Shown one piece after another: positions 7,655-10,930 of a stretch of 10,930 bases of DNA. The position numbers and the translations under genes are program-made. The stretch comes from a virus (taxonomy: Duplodnaviria; Heunggongvirae; Uroviricota; Caudoviricetes). Numbering within the stretch: position 1 is the first letter of the stretch; each line of letters opens with the position of its first letter. The notes under the pieces are model-generated. The model saw nothing but the letters and a program-made list of their open reading frames with translations, was not told the origin of the DNA and did not search any database. The DNA is taken from the IMG/VR virus record IMGVR_UViG_2684622580_000009; one strand, 5' to 3'.

Positions 7655-8218
7655 ATGCGTGCCGTCAGTGTGCTTAACCTGGGTACTATTGATGAGCCAG
7701 GTCACGCAGATAACACTGCCACTCTCAAACTGAAAAAGACAGCACCGTTCTCTGCTCTGTTGTCTGTTAACGGCGAGCGTAACTCCCAGAAGTCACTGGC
7801 AGAATGGATCGAAGACTGGGCCGACTACCTTGTGGGCTTTGATGCTAATGGTGACGCCATTCAGGCAACAAAAGCGGCTGCGGCAGTCCGTAAAATCACG
7901 ATTGAAGCAAACCAGACCGCTGATTTTGAAGATAATGACTTCAGCGGCAAACGCTCCCTGATGGAGTCTGTCGAAGCGAAGACCAAAGACATTATGCCAG
8001 TGGCATTTGAATTTAAATGCGTTCCGTTTGAAGGTCTGAAAGAACGTCCGTTTAAATTACGCCTCAGCATTATCACTGGCGATCGTCCTGTACTGGTTCT
8101 GCGCATTATTCAGCTGGAAGCGGTGCAGGAAGAAATGGCTAACGAATTTCGTGATCTGCTTGTTGAGAAATTCAAAGACAGCAAAGTAGAAACCTTTATT
8201 GGTACTTTCACCGCCTGA
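7655..8218 (+). CDS. yfdQ: YfdQ-like (DUF2303) protein; possibly a 5'-truncated remnant
   Basis: Assigned mainly by synteny, directly upstream of an unmistakable yfdR-yfdS-yfdT run. The reading frame stays open about 58 codons upstream of the ATG at 7655 with no in-frame start, extending to within a few bp of the quuD start, which suggests a truncated longer gene. Confidence 0.5.
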   Translation: MRAVSVLNLGTIDEPGHADNTATLKLKKTAPFSALLSVNGERNSQKSLAEWIEDWADYLVGFDANGDAIQATKAAAAVRKITIEANQTADFEDNDFSGKRSLMESVEAKTKDIMPVAFEFKCVPFEGLKERPFKLRLSIITGDRPVLVLRIIQLEAVQEEMANEFRDLLVEKFKDSKVETFIGTFTA

Positions 8219-8345
8219 TTTCATTACTGCAAATGCCCCTGCGGGGGCATTTATGGAAACGTAATTAACTCAATAATCGCCGGATGGTGAGGGCTTCCTT
8301 TTACCAGAATTCAGCGCGGTGCAGTGCATATACGTGGAGAACAAA

Positions 8346-8882
8346 ATGTCATTTATTAAAACTTTTTCCGGGAAGCATTTTTATTATGACAAGATAAATA
8401 AAGACGACATCGATATTAACGATATCGCGGTTTCCCTTTCAAATATCTGTCGCTTTGCCGGTCATCTTTCGCACTTCTACAGCGTCGCCCAACATGCGGT
8501 TCTTTGCAGCCAGCTGGTGCCGCAGGAATTTGCTTTTGAAGCGTTAATGCATGATGCAACAGAAGCGTATTGCCAGGACATTCCCGCACCACTGAAACGC
8601 CTTCTTCCTGACTATAAACGGATGGAAGAAAAAATAGACGCCGTAATCCGTGAGAAATACGGGTTACCCCCAGTTATGAGTACACCCGTGAAATATGCCG
8701 ATCTCATCATGCTGGCAACCGAACGCCGCGATCTCGGGCTTGATGATGGCTCTTTCTGGCCTGTACTGGAAGGCATCCCGGCAACAGAGATGTTCAACGT
8801 GATTCCACTGGCACCGGGTCATGCCTACGGGATGTTTATGGAACGTTTTAACGATTTATCGGAGTTACGCAAATGCGCATGA
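8346..8882 (+). CDS. yfdR: HD-domain 5'-deoxynucleotidase YfdR-like, 178 aa
   Basis: MSFIKTFSGKHFYYDKINKDD...CRFAGHLSHFYSVAQHAVLCS...LMHDATEAYCQDIP carries the HD-superfamily H...HD metal-binding motifs and matches recalled E. coli YfdR. RBS GGAGA 5 nt upstream of the ATG at 8346. Confidence 0.85.
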   Translation: MSFIKTFSGKHFYYDKINKDDIDINDIAVSLSNICRFAGHLSHFYSVAQHAVLCSQLVPQEFAFEALMHDATEAYCQDIPAPLKRLLPDYKRMEEKIDAVIREKYGLPPVMSTPVKYADLIMLATERRDLGLDDGSFWPVLEGIPATEMFNVIPLAPGHAYGMFMERFNDLSELRKCA

Positions 8883-9235
8883 ATGTTTTCGAAATGGAAG
8901 GGTTTCTTCGCGGGAAATGTGTACCGCGAGATCTGAAAGTGAACGAAACAAATGCTGAGTACCTGGTACGTAAATTCGACGCGCTTGAAGCTAAATGTGC
9001 GGCACTGGAAAACAAAATAATACCAGTGTCAGCTGAACTGCCACCAGCAAATGAAAGTGTTCTGTTATTTGATGCTAATGGAGAAGGCTGGCTGATTGGC
9101 TGGCGTTCTCTCTGGTACACCTGGGGACAAAAAGAAACCGGAGAATGGCAGTGGACATTTCAGGTCGGGGACCTTGAAAACGTCAATATCACTCACTGGG
9201 CAGTAATGCCAAAAGCACCGGAGGCTGGAGCATAA
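8873..9235 (+). CDS. yfdS: YfdS-like prophage protein of unknown function, 120 aa
   Basis: Matches recalled YfdS of CPS-53/KplE1. Start overlaps the yfdR stop (alternative ATG at 8879 forms an ATGA overlap), indicating translational coupling. Confidence 0.7.
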   Translation: MRMNVFEMEGFLRGKCVPRDLKVNETNAEYLVRKFDALEAKCAALENKIIPVSAELPPANESVLLFDANGEGWLIGWRSLWYTWGQKETGEWQWTFQVGDLENVNITHWAVMPKAPEAGA

Positions 9236-9540
9236 TGACCACATTTACCAATAAAGAACTGATTAAAGAAATCAAAGAACGAATCAGCAGCCTAGAGGTT
9301 CGAGACGATATTGAGCGCCGTGCTTATGAAATCGCACTCGTATCTCTGGAAGTAGAGCCAGTTGAACGCGAAGCCTATGAATTATTCATGGAAAAGCGTT
9401 TCGGTGACTTAGTAGATCGTCGGAGAGCAAAAAACGGCGATAACGAATACATGGCATGGGATATGACTCTCGGTTGGATCGTCTGGCAGCAACGAGCTGG
9501 TATCCATTTTTCAACAATGACACAGCAAGAGGTGAAATAA
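9235..9540 (+). CDS. yfdT: YfdT-like prophage protein of unknown function, 101 aa
   Basis: Matches recalled YfdT; TAATG stop/start overlaps at both ends (with yfdS at 9235 and with the next gene at 9540). Confidence 0.7.
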   Translation: MTTFTNKELIKEIKERISSLEVRDDIERRAYEIALVSLEVEPVEREAYELFMEKRFGDLVDRRRAKNGDNEYMAWDMTLGWIVWQQRAGIHFSTMTQQEVK

Positions 9541-9911
9541 TGGAGCCATACAGCCTCACACTCGATGAGGCCTGTCAGTTTCTTAAGATATCCAGACCAA
9601 CCGCCACCAACTGGATACGAACAGGCCGCCTACAGGCAACACGTAAAGATCCAACCAAGCCAAAATCTCCTTACCTCACAACACGGCAAGCTTGCATTGC
9701 GGCGCTTCAGTCTCCGCTGCATACTGTCCAGGTGAGCGCGGGTGATGGCATAACAGAGGAAAGAAAATGTCACTCTTCCGCAGAAATGAAATATGGTATG
9801 CCTCGTATTCGCTCCCGGGCGGGAAACGAATTAAGGAATCTCTTGGCACAAAGGACAAGCGGCAAGCTCAGGAGTTGCACGACAAGCGAAAAGCAGAACT
9901 CTGGCGAGTAG
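9540..9911 (+). CDS. Excisionase / AlpA-like HTH DNA-binding protein (putative Xis); 3' end uncertain, the open frame runs 145 nt into int
   Basis: N-terminal about 60 aa ([30 protein letters not shown]) has the excisionase/MerR-type HTH signature. RBS GAGGTG upstream of the ATG at 9540. Sits immediately 5' of the integrase. The C-terminal about 45 codons overlap int in another frame and are low-complexity, so the true stop may have been lost. Confidence 0.55.
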   Translation: MEPYSLTLDEACQFLKISRPTATNWIRTGRLQATRKDPTKPKSPYLTTRQACIAALQSPLHTVQVSAGDGITEERKCHSSAEMKYGMPRIRSRAGNELRNLLAQRTSGKLRSCTTSEKQNSGE

Positions 9912-10930
9912 AAAAGCTAGGGGATTTACCTGATGTCACTTTTGAAGAGGCCTGCCTAAGATGGCTTGAGGAAAAAGCTGATAAAAAATCTCTCGATTCA
10001 GATAAAAGCCGGATTGAGTTCTGGCTTGAACATTTTGAGGGTATAAGGCTTAAAGATATCTCGGAGGCAAAGATTTACTCTGCTGTAAGCAGAATGCATA
10101 ACAGAAAGACGAAAGAAATATGGAAACAGAAAGTTCAGGCCGCCATCAGGAAAGGTAAAGAACCGCCTGTTTATGAACCAAAGCCAGTATCAACTCAGAC
10201 AAAGGCAAAGCATCTTGCCATGATAAAGGCCATTCTCCGTGCTGCAGAACGCGACTGGAAGTGGCTGGAAAAAGCGCCTGTCATCAAGATACCAGCGGTC
10301 AGAAACAAGCGAGTCAGATGGCTGGAAAAGGAGGAAGCAAAACGCCTTATTGATGAGTGCCCCGAACCACTGAAATCTGTCGTCAAGTTTGCGCTGGCAA
10401 CTGGTCTGAGAAAGTCGAACATCATAAATCTGGAATGGCAACAAATCGACATGCAGCGACGAGTTGCCTGGGTGAATCCAGAAGAGAGCAAATCAAACCG
10501 CGCCATTGGTGTGGCGCTGAACGATACCGCCTGTAAAGTGTTGCGTGATCAAATAGGCAAGCATCACAAATGGGTGTTTGTACATACCAAGGCGGCTAAG
10601 CGAGCAGATGGAACATCAACGCCTGCGGTCAGGAAGATGCGCATCGACAGCAAGACATCATGGCTATCAGCTTGTCGTCGTGCAGGAATTGAAGATTTCC
10701 GTTTCCATGACCTCAGACACACCTGGGCAAGCTGGCTGATCCAGTCAGGCGTCCCATTATCTGTGCTTCAGGAAATGGGCGGATGGGAGTCCATAGAAAT
10801 GGTTCGTAGGTATGCTCACCTTGCGCCTAATCATTTGACAGAGCATGCAAGGAAAATAGACGACATTTTTGGTGATAATGTCCCAAATATGTCCCACTGT
10901 GGAATTATGGAGGATATAAAGAAGGCGTAA
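9767..10930 (+). CDS. intD: Tyrosine site-specific integrase (lambda Int family, IntD-like), 387 aa
   Basis: Closely resembles recalled DLP12 IntD throughout. The C-terminal catalytic region carries R...HDLRHTWAS...[15 protein letters not shown] with the Tyr nucleophile in RRYAH. RBS GAGGAAAG upstream. Stop codon is the last triplet of the window. Confidence 0.93.
   Translation: MSLFRRNEIWYASYSLPGGKRIKESLGTKDKRQAQELHDKRKAELWRVEKLGDLPDVTFEEACLRWLEEKADKKSLDSDKSRIEFWLEHFEGIRLKDISEAKIYSAVSRMHNRKTKEIWKQKVQAAIRKGKEPPVYEPKPVSTQTKAKHLAMIKAILRAAERDWKWLEKAPVIKIPAVRNKRVRWLEKEEAKRLIDECPEPLKSVVKFALATGLRKSNIINLEWQQIDMQRRVAWVNPEESKSNRAIGVALNDTACKVLRDQIGKHHKWVFVHTKAAKRADGTSTPAVRKMRIDSKTSWLSACRRAGIEDFRFHDLRHTWASWLIQSGVPLSVLQEMGGWESIEMVRRYAHLAPNHLTEHARKIDDIFGDNVPNMSHCGIMEDIKKA

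Noticed and set aside
7505-7705. 66-aa minus-strand ORF just upstream of quuD
   Set aside because: Overlaps the upstream-open frame of the yfdQ-like gene on the other strand and has no recognisable motif or RBS. It could be a remnant of a ylcG/rusA-side gene, but I cannot support it.
10190-10506. 84- and 103-aa minus-strand ORFs
   Set aside because: Antisense inside the integrase gene, which is strongly supported on the plus strand.
1-10930. Searched for CRISPR repeats, tRNA/tmRNA genes (possible att site) and IS elements
   Set aside because: No direct-repeat/spacer array, no tRNA-like sequence and no transposase ORF or terminal inverted repeats were seen. The integrase ends at the window edge, so any tRNA-associated attachment site would lie outside the window.

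Overview
This window reads as a heavily decayed lambdoid cryptic prophage from an Escherichia/Shigella-type genome (DLP12/Qin-like mosaic), lying in inverse orientation to the standard lambda map. Reading left to right: a PinQ/PinR-type serine recombinase; a lambda-like tail fibre assembly gene; a chimeric ORF joining the first ~83 codons of terminase large subunit A to the C-terminal part of side tail fibre Stf; an intact Nu1 small terminase; an intact lambda-type cos site; a small RHH-like ORF; the Bor lipoprotein; a damaged lysis cassette (Rz1 intact, Rz missing its native start, endolysin cut to a 55-codon stub, phage-21-type dual-start holin intact); an intact NmpC-type porin gene in the opposite orientation; a QuuD/Q82-type late antiterminator; then directly a yfdQ(truncated?)-yfdR-yfdS-yfdT module (CPS-53/KplE1-like), translationally coupled to an excisionase-like gene and an IntD-type tyrosine integrase that ends exactly at the window edge. 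The head/tail morphogenesis block and the immunity/replication block (N, cI, cro, O, P, nin) are both absent. I see no CRISPR array, rRNA or tRNA. All homology calls come from recalled protein and DNA sequences, not from a search. I do not see an unambiguous novel system; the most unusual points are the precise deletion junctions, the retained packaging site with terminase small subunit only, and the Q-adjacent yfdQRST-xis-int operon.
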